From a candidate division WOR-3 bacterium (GTDB taxonomy: Bacteria > Hydrothermota > Hydrothermia > B15-G9 > WFZT01), in contig JALUEE010000078.1 of NCBI GenBank assembly GCA_027053075.1, positions 25,189 to 89,188 of the forward strand: DNA of 64,000 nucleotides, given 5' to 3'. The notes under the pieces were generated by a model, which was not told where the DNA came from, ran no database searches, and saw nothing but the letters and a program-made list of their open reading frames with translations. The first letter of the stretch is position 1, and every line of letters begins with the position of its first letter. Shown here piece by piece: positions 21,331 through 31,871 of this stretch. The translations under genes were made by a program, and so were the position numbers.

Positions 21331-21570
21331 CTCGTTTGAAAAATCCTGAATTTTAGTTACCATCCTTTCCAGCGGATTCTCACTACCTCACTGATAATTA
21401 CAGTCCACACCCATCCAGAATTTTCTAAACTGTGAGAAATCTTTGATTATTTCTTTTAAAAGCACATTTCCCCATCATGGGTGCTCTTTACATGCTTTCC
21501 CACCATTTTACCTATCTGTGGAATTTCTTCTTTTTTCCATTCACCTGTGAGACTTCTACCACATTTTCTT

Positions 21571-21609
21571 CCCCTCCCGCAAAGCGGGAGGGCATTGAGG
21601 GGGGAGGGC
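21571..21609. repeat. GC-rich hairpin repeat (CCCCTCCCGC-AAAG-CGGGAGGG plus G-rich tail)
   Basis: Inverted repeat with AAAG loop. Confidence 0.6.
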
Positions 21610-21634
21610 AAACCTTACATCTATCCTCCCAAAT

Positions 21635-23695
21635 TTGAAAAAACTGCAAACATTGTCCTATAATACTTCCAGCATGGTAAATCTACTTTTTGGCATACAC
21701 TGCCATCAGCCGGTGGGTAACTTCGATTACGTTATCAAACACGCCTTCGAGAAATCCTACAAACCTTTCCTCGAGACACTTTACAACTATCCGGATTTCA
21801 AGTTTTCCATCCATTACACAGGCCCACTTTTAGAATGGATTGAGCAAAATGAGCCTGAATTCTTTGAAATCATCCGCGAAATGGTCAGCAGAAAGCAGGT
21901 TGAAATATTTGTCAGCGGATTCTATGAGCCTGTACTTGCTTCTATTCCGGAAAATGACCGCGAGGCACAGATTCTCATAGCCCGTGAATACGTCATTAGA
22001 AAGTTTCATTACATGCCCGATGGCCTATGGCTCACCGAACGGGTCTGGGACCCATCAATCGTGAAATCTCTTATTAAATCTGGCATTAACTACGTTCTCG
22101 TCGATGACTTCCACTTCCTATCAGCAGGGTTTGACAAAGCTAACCTCCACGGCTATTACCTCACAGAATCTGAAGGGCAAACCCTCGGGATATTCCCGAT
22201 TGATGAGAAACTCCGCTATCTAACCCCATTTAGACCGGTTGATGAAACCCTAAAATACCTGAAAGAGCTCCATGAAAGCCAGAAAGAAGCTGCCATCATC
22301 TTTGACGATGGGGAAAAATTTGGTATCTGGCCAGGGACCCACGACTGGGTTTACAAAAAAGGATGGCTCAAAAAATTCATAGAAGGCATACTATCCCTCG
22401 AATTTGTCCAGACTTCAACATACAGGGAATTTTTTGAATCGCATAAACCCTTAGGAAGAGCCTACCTTCCAACAGCTTCCTATTTTGAGATGAGCGAATG
22501 GTCCCTGATGCCTGAAAAAGCTCTTAAATTCGTGGAATTTGTTAATAGGCTCAAATCCGAAGGCATATTCGAAGAAAACAAAATTTTTGTCCGTGGGGGA
22601 ATCTGGCAAAATTTCCTCGTAAAATACAGCGAAGCCAACAGAATGCACAAAAAGATGGTCTATATTTCCGGAGAGCTCAAGGACACTCCCGTGGAGGAGA
22701 AAATCCCCCTCTATAGGGCTCAATGTAACGACGCCTACTGGCACGGAATCTTTGGTGGACTTTATCTTCCGCATCTTAGACATGCGAACTATTCAAATCT
22801 TCTAAAAGCTGAGCGAAACCTTCCTGCACCAATCTTTGAGGAAATTGACATTGATTGTGACGGATTTTATGAAATTTACGCGAGGACAAAATTTATCGTC
22901 GCGCAGATAAAGCCATCCTACGGTGGTGCCCTAACAGAGTTTTCCTCCCTCAAACAGGCTCTGAACTTTCAGGACACCCTCATGAGAAGATTTGAGCACT
23001 ACCACAAGGGGCTTAAAGAGACACACCATAGTGAGAGTGGAGTGGCCTCCATCCACGAGATGCCAAAAAAGGTTGACAGAAAGAAACTGATTTACGATTG
23101 GTCGGAGAAATTTTCGTTACTTGACCATTTTATAGAGGACTCTCCGGAGGCAAAGAGCCTTGCCCGCGTTGAATTTAAAGAATTGGGAGACTTTGTTAAC
23201 CAGCCATACGAGTACTTTATGGAGAAAAACGGGGTGAAGCTTCACCGCTCTGGTGGTGTATTTGATGGGGGAAAACGCCCAATCGAGATTGAAAAGGAAA
23301 TAACCATACCGCTCGAGAGACCTGAGGTTATTGCAAAATACAGAATCCCTGGAAGGTCTGGCAATGCAGTTTTTGCCGTGGAATTTAATTTCTCCATGCC
23401 TTCTGCCGATTCAAAAGAATCCCGTATCATCCTGGATGGCAAAATCATTGGCAATTTCCACGACATACTTGATGCGAGGGGACACGAACTCATTTTAGAC
23501 GACACCGTTTTCAACACAGCCGTAAAGCTCAGAAGTGAAAGGGAAACAGTTTTCAGGATATTCCCGGTTTATACTGTATCACAATCTGAGAGTGGACTTG
23601 ATTACACGTATCAGGAGACGGGGATTTTTATGTTATTTGGTCCGGTTGAAGGGATATTTGAAAATACCATAACTATTTCGATACCTGGAGGATGA
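21635..23695 (+). CDS. Glycoside hydrolase family 57 (alpha-amylase / 4-alpha-glucanotransferase type)
   Basis: N-terminal LLFGIHCHQPVGNF...; GH57 conserved blocks (FSIHYTGPLLEW, VSGFYEPVLASIP, TERVWDPS); alternative start at 21674. Confidence 0.8.
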   Translation: MKKLQTLSYNTSSMVNLLFGIHCHQPVGNFDYVIKHAFEKSYKPFLETLYNYPDFKFSIHYTGPLLEWIEQNEPEFFEIIREMVSRKQVEIFVSGFYEPVLASIPENDREAQILIAREYVIRKFHYMPDGLWLTERVWDPSIVKSLIKSGINYVLVDDFHFLSAGFDKANLHGYYLTESEGQTLGIFPIDEKLRYLTPFRPVDETLKYLKELHESQKEAAIIFDDGEKFGIWPGTHDWVYKKGWLKKFIEGILSLEFVQTSTYREFFESHKPLGRAYLPTASYFEMSEWSLMPEKALKFVEFVNRLKSEGIFEENKIFVRGGIWQNFLVKYSEANRMHKKMVYISGELKDTPVEEKIPLYRAQCNDAYWHGIFGGLYLPHLRHANYSNLLKAERNLPAPIFEEIDIDCDGFYEIYARTKFIVAQIKPSYGGALTEFSSLKQALNFQDTLMRRFEHYHKGLKETHHSESGVASIHEMPKKVDRKKLIYDWSEKFSLLDHFIEDSPEAKSLARVEFKELGDFVNQPYEYFMEKNGVKLHRSGGVFDGGKRPIEIEKEITIPLERPEVIAKYRIPGRSGNAVFAVEFNFSMPSADSKESRIILDGKIIGNFHDILDARGHELILDDTVFNTAVKLRSERETVFRIFPVYTVSQSESGLDYTYQETGIFMLFGPVEGIFENTITISIPGG

Positions 23696-23696
23696 A

Positions 23697-24731
23697 ATGC
23701 CAGAGTTAAGATATGACCCAATACGCCAGAGATGGACAATAATCTCTATTGAACGAGGCAGGAGACCTCACGAGTATGTTACCGAAAAGGAAGAGGTGAA
23801 GAAAGTAGACTCCTGCCCATTTGATTATGGGAACGAGCAGAGAACTCCGCCTGAGATATATGCCATTTCTGACCAACCGAGGCAGCCAAATACACCTGGC
23901 TGGAAGGTCAGAGTGGTGCCCAATAAGTATCCGGCACTGAGAATCGAGGGAGAGTTAAAAAGGGAAGGAGTTGGCCTCTTTGATGTGGTCTCTGGAATCG
24001 GAGCCCATGAAGTGATCATCGAAACACCTGACCACAACCGTGAAATGAGCGACAGAACCCCTGAGGAGATAGCGCTGGTTTTGAAAGCCTACAAAGAGAG
24101 ACTCCTTGATCTGAGAAAGGATACACGATTCAGGTACATCCTGGTCTTTAAAAATCATGGAAAGGATGCAGGGGCATCTCTCTCGCATCCGCATTCACAG
24201 TTAATAGCGACGCCGATTTTCCCGCCCGTGGTTAAAGCAGAGCTCGTAAGCGCACGCGAGTATTATTTGAGGAAAGAACGCTGTATTTTCTGCGACATCA
24301 TAAAACAGGAGCTCACATTGAGGGACAGAATCGTATGGGAAAGCGACAAATATGTTTTATGGGAACCATTTGCCTCTTCCTTCCCCTTTGAAACCTGGCT
24401 ATTCCCCAAATACCACTCTCACGATTTTGCACTCCTTCCGGATGAGGAACTCTACGACCTCGCAGTGGCATTAAAGGAGATGCTCGTAAGGATAAAGGCC
24501 TTATTAAACGATCCTCCGTACAACATGGTGCTTCACACTGCTCCTCCACCCCATCCGAGGCCGGGGCATGCGGATTACTGGGAAACCCTTGAATTTGACT
24601 TTCATTGGCATATTGAATTGATTCCAAGAATCACAAAAATCGCGGGGTTTGAATGGGGATCAGGTCTTCACATAAATCCAACTCCACCAGAAGAGGCAGC
24701 AAAATATTTGAGAGAAGTAGAGCTAATTTAA
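23697..24731 (+). CDS. GalT-like HIT-family nucleotidyltransferase (galactose-1-phosphate uridylyltransferase / ADP-glucose phosphorylase family)
   Basis: RYDPIRQRWTIIS..., CPFDYGNEQRTPPEIY, NKYPAL, HEVIIETPDH, GASLSHPHSQLIA (HxHxQ-like HIT motif). Confidence 0.75.
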   Translation: MPELRYDPIRQRWTIISIERGRRPHEYVTEKEEVKKVDSCPFDYGNEQRTPPEIYAISDQPRQPNTPGWKVRVVPNKYPALRIEGELKREGVGLFDVVSGIGAHEVIIETPDHNREMSDRTPEEIALVLKAYKERLLDLRKDTRFRYILVFKNHGKDAGASLSHPHSQLIATPIFPPVVKAELVSAREYYLRKERCIFCDIIKQELTLRDRIVWESDKYVLWEPFASSFPFETWLFPKYHSHDFALLPDEELYDLAVALKEMLVRIKALLNDPPYNMVLHTAPPPHPRPGHADYWETLEFDFHWHIELIPRITKIAGFEWGSGLHINPTPPEEAAKYLREVELI

Positions 24732-24749
24732 AACGAGGAGGTTTTTCTA

Positions 24750-25921
24750 TGTTAGGAGACCTTATAGGCCACCTTGAGAAGGAGGAGCACAGGATTTTGC
24801 GGGACACTGTTGCCCGCTTTGCAAAGGATAAGATTGCACCAATCGCAGCAAAAATCGACGAAGAGGATTGGTTACCCGAGGAGATATTCAAAGAGATGGG
24901 ACAGCTCGGCTTCACAGGGATTATGATTCCAGAGGAATACGGTGGCTTTGGAATAGACCCTCTCTCCGCTGTCATCGTTTTAGAAGAGATTGCGAAGCAA
25001 AGCGCCTCTGTTGCTCTTTCACTTATGGTTACCTCGGTTTTATTTGGTCATAATGTAGCCTATTGGGGGCAAAACGAGGAGCTAAAGAAGAAATACCTGC
25101 CAAGGATTGCCTCTGGTGAGATCATCGGCGCTTATGCACTCACAGAGCCTGATGCGGGCTCCGATTCTGTTAGTATTAAAACCCGCGCTGAAAGGAAGGG
25201 GGACTACTTTATTGTCAATGGTCAGAAGATGTTCATCACCAACGCACCTGTTGCCGATGTTTTCTATGTTTTTGTCTATACTGACCCATCCAAGAAAAAA
25301 GAGGGCATGAGTGTGCTACTGATTGACAGGGATATGGAAGGGGTGACAATTGCGAAAAAACTCGAAAAAATGGGTATGCGCGGCTCTCCCACAGGCCTCA
25401 TCTTCTTTGAAGACGTCAAAGTACCTGTTTCAAATATTATCGGAACAGAAGGTATGGGATACCCTCAGATGTTGAAAAGCCTTGAAATCGAGAGAATGGT
25501 AATTTCTGCCATTTCCACAGGTGTTTCTCTTGCTGCACTCGACTGGATGGTGAGGTACGCAAATGAGAGGAAACAGTTCGGGAAACCTATAGGTCAGTTT
25601 GAAATGATAATGAAAAAAATAGCCGATGCTGGTGCCCAGCTTGATGCTGTAAGAACCTATCTCTATACCTACGCAGCAACCTATGATGAAGAGAGGGACA
25701 ACAGATTCGAATCAGCATCAGTCAAATTCCTGGCCTCCGAGACAGCGGTGAAGATTACTCTCGATGCCATACAGGTACTTGGTGGATATGGTTACACCAA
25801 AGAGTATCCGGTTGAAAGATACATGAGGGATGCGAAGCTCCTTGATATCGGCTCCGGAACCTCTGAAATTATGCGCTTTGTAGCGGCAAAATCCCTGCTC
25901 AAGGCCGGAAAGATTATCTAA
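24750..25921 (+). CDS. Acyl-CoA dehydrogenase
   Basis: Start at MLGDLIG with AGGAGG SD; ACAD motifs (YALTEPDAGSD, QVLGGYGYTKEYPVERYMRDAKL). Confidence 0.8.
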
Positions 25922-26104
25922 CCGGGGAGTTTTTAAAAACTAAATCTATTTGAAACTTTGCTTCTTTCAGCACATCTTTTTGCGGAAGGGTTTATATGGA
26001 AAAATTTCCTCAAAAATGGGGATTTCTGAATTTTAAGAACAGGATTTCCAAAGGGTGAGCTGTTTAGAAAAAATTCAGAAGTTAGTAGATTTATAAAATG
26101 AATT

Positions 26105-26164
26105 CCCCCCACCTGTCTCCTCCCCCCACGCACAAAGTGCGTGGGGGGAGGATGGGAAGGGGGC
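26105..26164. repeat. Composite GC-rich hairpin repeat (CCCCCCACCTGTCTCC-TCCCCCCACGCAC-AAAG-TGCGTGGGGGGA-GGATGGGAAGGGGG)
   Basis: About 85 percent identical to the intragenic 17422 copy. Confidence 0.75.
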
Positions 26165-26239
26165 ATTTTCGAACACTTTTCCAAAGGGTTTTAAATAAAC
26201 TCCCAGAGTCGTATAATTGTCAAAAATGGGAGGTGTGAA

Positions 26240-28474
26240 ATGATAGAAATTGTGTTATCGGTCATTTTAGCATTCAATCCTTCGGTAAACAACTGGCAAT
26301 GGAACTCCATCGGTCCTGATGGGGGTACAGTTCTGTCCATTGCCTCCAACTCAGACGGGACAAATCTTCTGGCTGTTACAATTGGAGCGGTGTGGAAATT
26401 TAATGGTTCAAGCTGGTCAACCGTATTTCCAATCTCAGGTCCCGGTACTATTCTCAATACCGGCCAGGATAGTTTCTGTTTGATTATCTCAGACGACTCT
26501 ACTCTTGTCTACACTTCATCTGATGGAGGTAATACCTGGACCCAAACCTACTCCTCAGACCGTTGGTTTGCGGGAGCTTCCAACGTGAATTCGCATTATG
26601 TGTATATCGCAAATGGAGACTCGGTATACATTTCTTCAGACGGTGGGAATACCTGGACAAGTGTCCCCAGACCGATAAATTCATCAAACAACATAAACTT
26701 AAATGGATGCCGAATCTCGTACTCCCCCAACTTTCCCTCAGTTGTTTTTATGGCAGTATCCGGCGATAGCATGGGAAACCCAATGCTCTGGCTCTTTAAA
26801 TCCAGTAACTATGGTCAGAGCTGGTCACTTGTTTTTAATGATACCATCATAAGCGAAATTGACGCATTCCTCGTAGACCCTGATGACACTAATAGATTAT
26901 TCATCGGGGCAGGAATTGGAGAAGATAATTCCATTCCAGGAATATATGTTTCCACTGATGGAGGAGCAACCTGGACACCAACAATTGCATCCATTCAGGC
27001 GGGTATAATTTTCCCGAGTGATCTAAAGATGTATAACGACACACTATATGTCGCTTCCCTTATAAACCCAGGAATATATAAAGGATTCCAGGTAGCGGGT
27101 TTATGGTATTTCAACGCTTTATCCACAGACTATATCACTTACTCTCTTGATATAACTTCGAATGGTACAATGTATGCTGGGATCAGTGGCGGGGTGATGC
27201 AATCATCTGATAGAGCAAACTTCCAGGATATAACTCAGGGACTTCGAGCAGTTTATACACCTTACACACACGGAGTTATTGGAACTTACTACTCAGTCGA
27301 GGCCAATGGGTACATTTACATGATTGATGGAGTATTTACAGCGGAGTGGACTGGTCCTGTTTTCACAAATGTCCTTTATTACAGCTCCAATGGCGGTAAC
27401 ACATGGTCAAAGCGGTTCTTGCCAGGAATAATCATGCCGGTCGGGGTACAAACTTCACCTACAAACCCATCTGTTGTCTATCTTTCGGGACTCGGATACA
27501 ACTTTGATCCAACAGGTAACTTCCGACTCCATTCCATTTACAAAAGTACCGATTATGGAGCCACTTTCACCGCAATGGACCCTGGATTCACAATAGATAG
27601 TTTAGCATATTTCTACGACGTTACATGGGTCTCACCTTCAGACCCCAACAGAATTATTGTCAAAGCCTACACATTTGATAAAAATGGCCCGAAGCCAGGA
27701 GGCGCCTCATTGCTCCTCTCAACTGATGGTGGTGCCTCGTTCAGCGCTATCCTGCCAAACTTTGTGCCATTGAGGGTAGTGGGAACTGACACAGTGTATG
27801 CGGCAGGATATAATCCAACCCCCACAATCCTCATAAGCCGAGACGGCGGAGATAACTGGAATCTCTTTACCATCCCTCCAGGAGTGGTCAACGATATGGC
27901 CATCGAAAACGGCTATCTCTACTACTGTTTCAACGGTCAAAATGGTCTTATGGTGGAGAGATCCTCTAATGGGGTAACAATTGATACTCTTTGGTCTTTT
28001 AGCATTTACACCGATTTTGCGAAGCTCGTAACCAACGGAAATGATGTGTTTGTAAGTTTCAAGACTTATCAAGAAGCTGAGCAATTCGTTTATCATTACA
28101 AAAATTCAAACTGGTCGGCCGACACCGTTGATTTTACAGTGGGAGGCCTCATGCTATCTGACACATCATTGATGGCGTTTACAGCGGGAAGGAGCATCTA
28201 CTCGAGCACAGAAGCACTGACAGGGGTTGGTGAATCCGCTCCCATCGGCTACACAAAACATGTAAAAATCCTCTATACAGCAAAGGGACCGGAAATGTTT
28301 GTTAGCACGAATTCTCCGTACAAACTCAGGGTTTACGACGCCACCGGAAGGGAAATACTGGATAAGAAGGTTATGAGTCATAGGGTGATTATGAATTTTA
28401 GGCCCGGGGTATATTTCTATCGGGTGGAGAGCAGCAAACTTCGTGAGACGGGAAAATTTGTGATTTTTAGGTAA
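26240..28474 (+). CDS. Secreted BNR/Asp-box repeat beta-propeller protein with T9SS C-terminal sorting domain
   Basis: Multiple SxDGGxTW motifs (SDGGNTW x2, STDGGATW, SNGGNTW, STDYGATF, STDGGASF, SRDGGDNW); C-terminal ...YKLRVYDATGREIL...GVYFYRVESSKLRETGKFVIFR. Confidence 0.7.
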   Translation: MIEIVLSVILAFNPSVNNWQWNSIGPDGGTVLSIASNSDGTNLLAVTIGAVWKFNGSSWSTVFPISGPGTILNTGQDSFCLIISDDSTLVYTSSDGGNTWTQTYSSDRWFAGASNVNSHYVYIANGDSVYISSDGGNTWTSVPRPINSSNNINLNGCRISYSPNFPSVVFMAVSGDSMGNPMLWLFKSSNYGQSWSLVFNDTIISEIDAFLVDPDDTNRLFIGAGIGEDNSIPGIYVSTDGGATWTPTIASIQAGIIFPSDLKMYNDTLYVASLINPGIYKGFQVAGLWYFNALSTDYITYSLDITSNGTMYAGISGGVMQSSDRANFQDITQGLRAVYTPYTHGVIGTYYSVEANGYIYMIDGVFTAEWTGPVFTNVLYYSSNGGNTWSKRFLPGIIMPVGVQTSPTNPSVVYLSGLGYNFDPTGNFRLHSIYKSTDYGATFTAMDPGFTIDSLAYFYDVTWVSPSDPNRIIVKAYTFDKNGPKPGGASLLLSTDGGASFSAILPNFVPLRVVGTDTVYAAGYNPTPTILISRDGGDNWNLFTIPPGVVNDMAIENGYLYYCFNGQNGLMVERSSNGVTIDTLWSFSIYTDFAKLVTNGNDVFVSFKTYQEAEQFVYHYKNSNWSADTVDFTVGGLMLSDTSLMAFTAGRSIYSSTEALTGVGESAPIGYTKHVKILYTAKGPEMFVSTNSPYKLRVYDATGREILDKKVMSHRVIMNFRPGVYFYRVESSKLRETGKFVIFR

Positions 28475-28483
28475 AATAAAAAT

Positions 28484-28517
28484 GTGTGGGGGCGGGCGCA
28501 AAGCGCCCGCCCCCACA
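28484..28517 (+). terminator. GC hairpin TGTGGGGGCGGGCGC-AAAG-CGCCCGCCCCCACA then TTTAAT; probable terminator and member of the hairpin family
   Basis: 15-bp perfect stem directly after stop of the 26240..28474 gene. Confidence 0.5.
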
Positions 28518-28584
28518 TTTAATATCCTGCTATCTTAGAAGTTTGGTACTCCTAACATCCTGAGAACACCAATTATATCGTTCA

Positions 28585-29787
28585 TTACCATGTTGAGGGT
28601 ATTCTTATTGTGAATTTCAATCCATTGCCAGGATTGCCTTTTACATCTATTTCCCCACCGTGAGCTTCTACGATTTTTTTAACAAGATACAGCCCAAGTC
28701 CAAGTCCCCGGGTTTTGGTGGTATAAAACATATCAAAAATATGCGTAAGTGCTTCTTCACTCATTCCACTGCCATTATCTGAAATCTCCAGAATAAAGCT
28801 ATGTCCCCTCCTTTTTACATCTACCCTTATTTCCGTAGCATCTGCTTCAATAGCGTTTTTAAAAATGTTATAGAGCACCTGTTCCATCCAGTGCGGATCG
28901 CAAAAAACATCTGTTTCCTCATTGACTTTCACGCTGATATTTCTCGCAAGTTCAGCCTGTAATCCAGAAACAACCTTATCTATCAGTTCACTCAATTTAC
29001 AATTTGCCAGTTTCAACTTGATGTGACGCGATACATTTCTGAAATCGTTAACAATGGAAATCAACCTCTTAGTTTCATTTCTTATCATCTCGGTAAACCT
29101 GTCTCTCCCACATTTTGACTCAATCATCTGGAGAGCAAGATGGATAGTATTTAATGGATTTTTTATTTCATGAGCGATAAGGGAGGAGAACGATGAAAGT
29201 TCCTGAAATCTCTTTTTCTCAGCTTCTTCCTCTTTTATTCTTGCCTCCATTCTTACAATTCTTTCGTGAAATTTTAGTATTCCAACGAGGGCTATAAGGA
29301 AGATCAGGGTGGAGAAAAAAACGAGTGTCAGACCAGTCCTCTTCTGCTTTTTGAGTAATACGTCAAGGAATTTTAGGGAGTATCCTCCCACAAGAGATGA
29401 ATGTCTCCCAAGATTAACCTTAAATTCGAGGATGTCGTGGTCGATGGTTTTTACAATCCTCAAGGAATCGCTTATCCCCGGCTCTATAGGGAGGAAATAA
29501 TCATATTTTGATTGCCAGTAAACCACACTGTCACCGATCATGTAAGCAAGATAGTCAAATTCTCCTTCTTTTGTTAGTTTATCGATTACTCTCGATATAT
29601 CTTCCAGTTTCAAGTCTCGATGACATGAAAACACTGTAAAAGTTTGCTTTATCCCTGAAATGTAGTTTCTTGCGATTTTTAGATAAGCATTTCTTGTGGA
29701 CGTGTAATTTCTGAAGAAAATGAAGCCCACAAGGGAGACGAAGAGAATGTAAACAAGGAGTATCAGGAGGCCGAATCGCTTAGCCAT
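28585..29787 (-). CDS. Membrane-bound sensor histidine kinase
   Basis: Two N-terminal TM segments; HisKA H-box LIAHEIKNPLNTI; HATPase_c (DNGSGMSEE, GLGLGLYLVKKIVEAHGGEIDV). Confidence 0.8.
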   Translation of the reverse strand: MAKRFGLLILLVYILFVSLVGFIFFRNYTSTRNAYLKIARNYISGIKQTFTVFSCHRDLKLEDISRVIDKLTKEGEFDYLAYMIGDSVVYWQSKYDYFLPIEPGISDSLRIVKTIDHDILEFKVNLGRHSSLVGGYSLKFLDVLLKKQKRTGLTLVFFSTLIFLIALVGILKFHERIVRMEARIKEEEAEKKRFQELSSFSSLIAHEIKNPLNTIHLALQMIESKCGRDRFTEMIRNETKRLISIVNDFRNVSRHIKLKLANCKLSELIDKVVSGLQAELARNISVKVNEETDVFCDPHWMEQVLYNIFKNAIEADATEIRVDVKRRGHSFILEISDNGSGMSEEALTHIFDMFYTTKTRGLGLGLYLVKKIVEAHGGEIDVKGNPGNGLKFTIRIPSTW

Positions 29788-30170
29788 TATCGTCTTCCGT
29801 GCCGGCCTCTCCTTTGTTTAAAGCCATGTCCCCGCCACACGGGAAAGCCGTTTGGGTCACGTAGAGTCAGTTTTTTCTTCAGAGTTTTATCGTTAATTTT
29901 CCCTGCGATTATTATGTTGTTGTGAATACTACCATAAATTTCCACCGTGTCTCCGGTACGTGGAAGCCACGGCATTCCAAATCGTGGCCCAAGGAGTACC
30001 TCAAAAGTATCCTTTTTTTCAGTAACAATGTCCATTCTTATAGGCCATGCTGTGTCGTGCACAGCATCAACCACCCCTCCTACAGTCTTCAAACTCTTGA
30101 GATTATAGTACAATCTCTGCCCCCCTGGTTGGGCAAATAATGTGAACGTTAACAGTAAACTAAGAATCAT
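29787..30170 (-). CDS. Small secreted protein with Gly/Arg-rich basic C-terminal tail; paralog of 31872..32267
   Basis: Start MILSLLLTFTLFAQ overlaps upstream stop (ATGA); VGGVVDAV...GDTVEIYGSI...WRGHGFKQRRGRHGRR; shares architecture with the 32267 protein. Confidence 0.45.
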   Translation of the reverse strand: MILSLLLTFTLFAQPGGQRLYYNLKSLKTVGGVVDAVHDTAWPIRMDIVTEKKDTFEVLLGPRFGMPWLPRTGDTVEIYGSIHNNIIIAGKINDKTLKKKLTLRDPNGFPVWRGHGFKQRRGRHGRR

Positions 30171-30991
30171 TTTTGCAGCTCCTCCCATATTTCGTATGGG
30201 GTTTTCCCTATTTTATCCGAAAATTCACGCAAAGTCATGTTCTTATCCATCTTTACCCCATACTTTAAAAATAGACTTTTGACCTTCTTTTCACTTACAC
30301 CTTGCCTCTCAATCAGTTCCTCAAAAGTCATCCTGCCGAGTCCCATTATCTGTTTACCGGAAAATCTTTCCTTTAGAAGATCATAAATATGCTCGGGAGA
30401 AGTTGAGTTTTTAGCTGCTATGTCTTTTAATTTTTCGTCAACGCTTTGTACCTTTATTCCTCTATTATTCAGATATTTGAGGGCAATTTCTGGATCACCT
30501 TTCAAATCTTCCACCACTTTTTTCAGAGAATAAAGTTCCATGTGAGGAATCGGTGGAGACTGGAGTTTCTTCTCCCATGAATTCTTGAAGTAATCCCCGA
30601 TATCCATAACAGTTTTGAAAGGTGGAACGTTTCCTGCCGACCCAACTATGATTACGACGGTCAAAACTGTAGCAACTGCGAGCTCCTTTTTCAGATAAAA
30701 TGCATGCTTTGCCTTTCTGTACACGTAGTTATAAAGAGATTTCCAGTTGTAGTAAATGTGGAAGATAGCGAATATCAAAAACGCGTATCCAAGGTTTGTA
30801 TGCAATGATTCCCACTGGGTTTTTGTGAGACCCAGTAGTTTCCAGTTTGTCCATTGTGCAATTCTCCCAGGTGGCACGATGTATAGGATGATCCCTGAAA
30901 AAACGAGACCAATAAATGAGAGTGCCATCAGAAATGCTACGAATCCACGAGAATGCCACTTCTTTTCTTTCCTCTTTACTGCTGTCATTTT
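30167..30991 (-). CDS. DUF4405-like membrane protein (cytochrome b-like four-helix membrane domain) with soluble C-terminal extension
   Basis: RGFVAFLMALSFIGLVFSGIILYIVPPGRIAQWTNWKLLGLTKTQWESLHTNLGYAFLIFAIFHIYYNW resembles DUF4405; start moved to MTAVKRK because the upstream part of the ORF is a GC hairpin repeat. Confidence 0.45.
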   Translation of the reverse strand, partial: KMTAVKRKEKKWHSRGFVAFLMALSFIGLVFSGIILYIVPPGRIAQWTNWKLLGLTKTQWESLHTNLGYAFLIFAIFHIYYNWKSLYNYVYRKAKHAFYLKKELAVATVLTVVIIVGSAGNVPPFKTVMDIGDYFKNSWEKKLQSPPIPHMELYSLKKVVEDLKGDPEIALKYLNNRGIKVQSVDEKLKDIAAKNSTSPEHIYDLLKERFSGKQIMGLGRMTFEELIERQGVSEKKVKSLFLKYGVKMDKNMTLREFSDKIGKTPYEIWEELQK

Positions 30992-31057
30992 TAGAACCTC
31001 CTGTGTGTAACGTCCAGTGGGCTTAAAGCTATACAGAGTTCCCGGCTGAATTCCAGG

Positions 31058-31087
31058 GGGGGGCGTGCCCCTGCGGGGCACGCCCCC
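31058..31087. repeat. GC-rich hairpin GGGGGCGTGCCCC-TGC-GGGGCACGCCCCC
   Basis: Perfect 13-bp arms; followed by a T-run on plus strand. Confidence 0.7.
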
Positions 31088-31099
31088 TGATTCCTGTTT

Positions 31100-31774
31100 T
31101 TATCTTGCTCTCCCACGATATCTAAATCTACTTCTTCCGTTTGAACCCGAAATAATCCCGTCAAATCTCTCCTGTGAAATATACTGAGGAGAGTATGTGC
31201 CACCATTCCTTAAAATCTGTCTATAAAATGCCCTCATGTGGTTCTCTGAACCATTAACAAGGTGTGTGTAAACCCTGATCACGTCAGAATTGACGGCAAT
31301 ATTTGCGAGGGCCTCATCCAGATCGTAAATATCAAGGTCTTCAATGGTTGCTCCCACCACGAGGGCGTCAAGTAACGACCTGCTCCCCTGTTCCACAAGT
31401 CTCTGGTAGAGAGCCGTTAAATTTGGATCCTGGAAGAATCCAATCGAGTCATTTGTTACGGGATCAGCAATTCCATATCTGTCAAGTAATGTTTTTACTG
31501 CATTTGTGTGTCTCTGCTCACTCGAGGCAATGTTATTGAATATTCTTGCTCCCCATCTTTGGTATAGAGTGAGGTACACGTCTCTTGCAAGCTTTTCTTC
31601 CTGTCTCATGTGTATGAGACTCTGGATTTCATCCTGGGTCAAATCAGTTGTCGTGGGTTGAACAGCAGTGGTCTGTGCCACTGGATCATTCATGGAAATA
31701 GCTGATGATTGACCGCAGGCAGTGAATGCAAATACAGAACCTACTATTATAGTTAGTGCTAACAATCTTCTCAT
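31100..31774 (-). CDS. Lipoprotein with ferritin-like DUF2202-type domain
   Basis: Lipobox AFTACG; DLTQDEIQSLIHMRQEEKLARDVYLTLY...SEQRHTNAV...IEDLDIYDL...SENHMRAF resembles DUF2202 ferritin-like di-iron helices; Arg-rich tail. Confidence 0.5.
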   Translation of the reverse strand: MRRLLALTIIVGSVFAFTACGQSSAISMNDPVAQTTAVQPTTTDLTQDEIQSLIHMRQEEKLARDVYLTLYQRWGARIFNNIASSEQRHTNAVKTLLDRYGIADPVTNDSIGFFQDPNLTALYQRLVEQGSRSLLDALVVGATIEDLDIYDLDEALANIAVNSDVIRVYTHLVNGSENHMRAFYRQILRNGGTYSPQYISQERFDGIISGSNGRSRFRYRGRAR

Positions 31775-31835
31775 ATTAACAACCTCCTTTTTAAAATTTT
31801 TTATTTTTCATTAAAAATCAAAGTTTTTTGACTTT

Positions 31836-31868
31836 GTGTGTGGCGGCCTTAAAAAGGCCGCCACACAC
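31836..31868. repeat. Hairpin GTGTGTGGCGGCC-TTTAAAAA-GGCCGCCACACAC
   Basis: Perfect 13-bp arms. Confidence 0.6.
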
Positions 31869-31871
31869 GCC

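Noticed and set aside
31836-31868. Hairpin as rho-independent terminator of the 31872..32267 gene
   Set aside because: The run following the stem on the minus strand is AAAGUCAAAAAAC, which is A-rich and not U-rich. It is kept as a repeat family member only.
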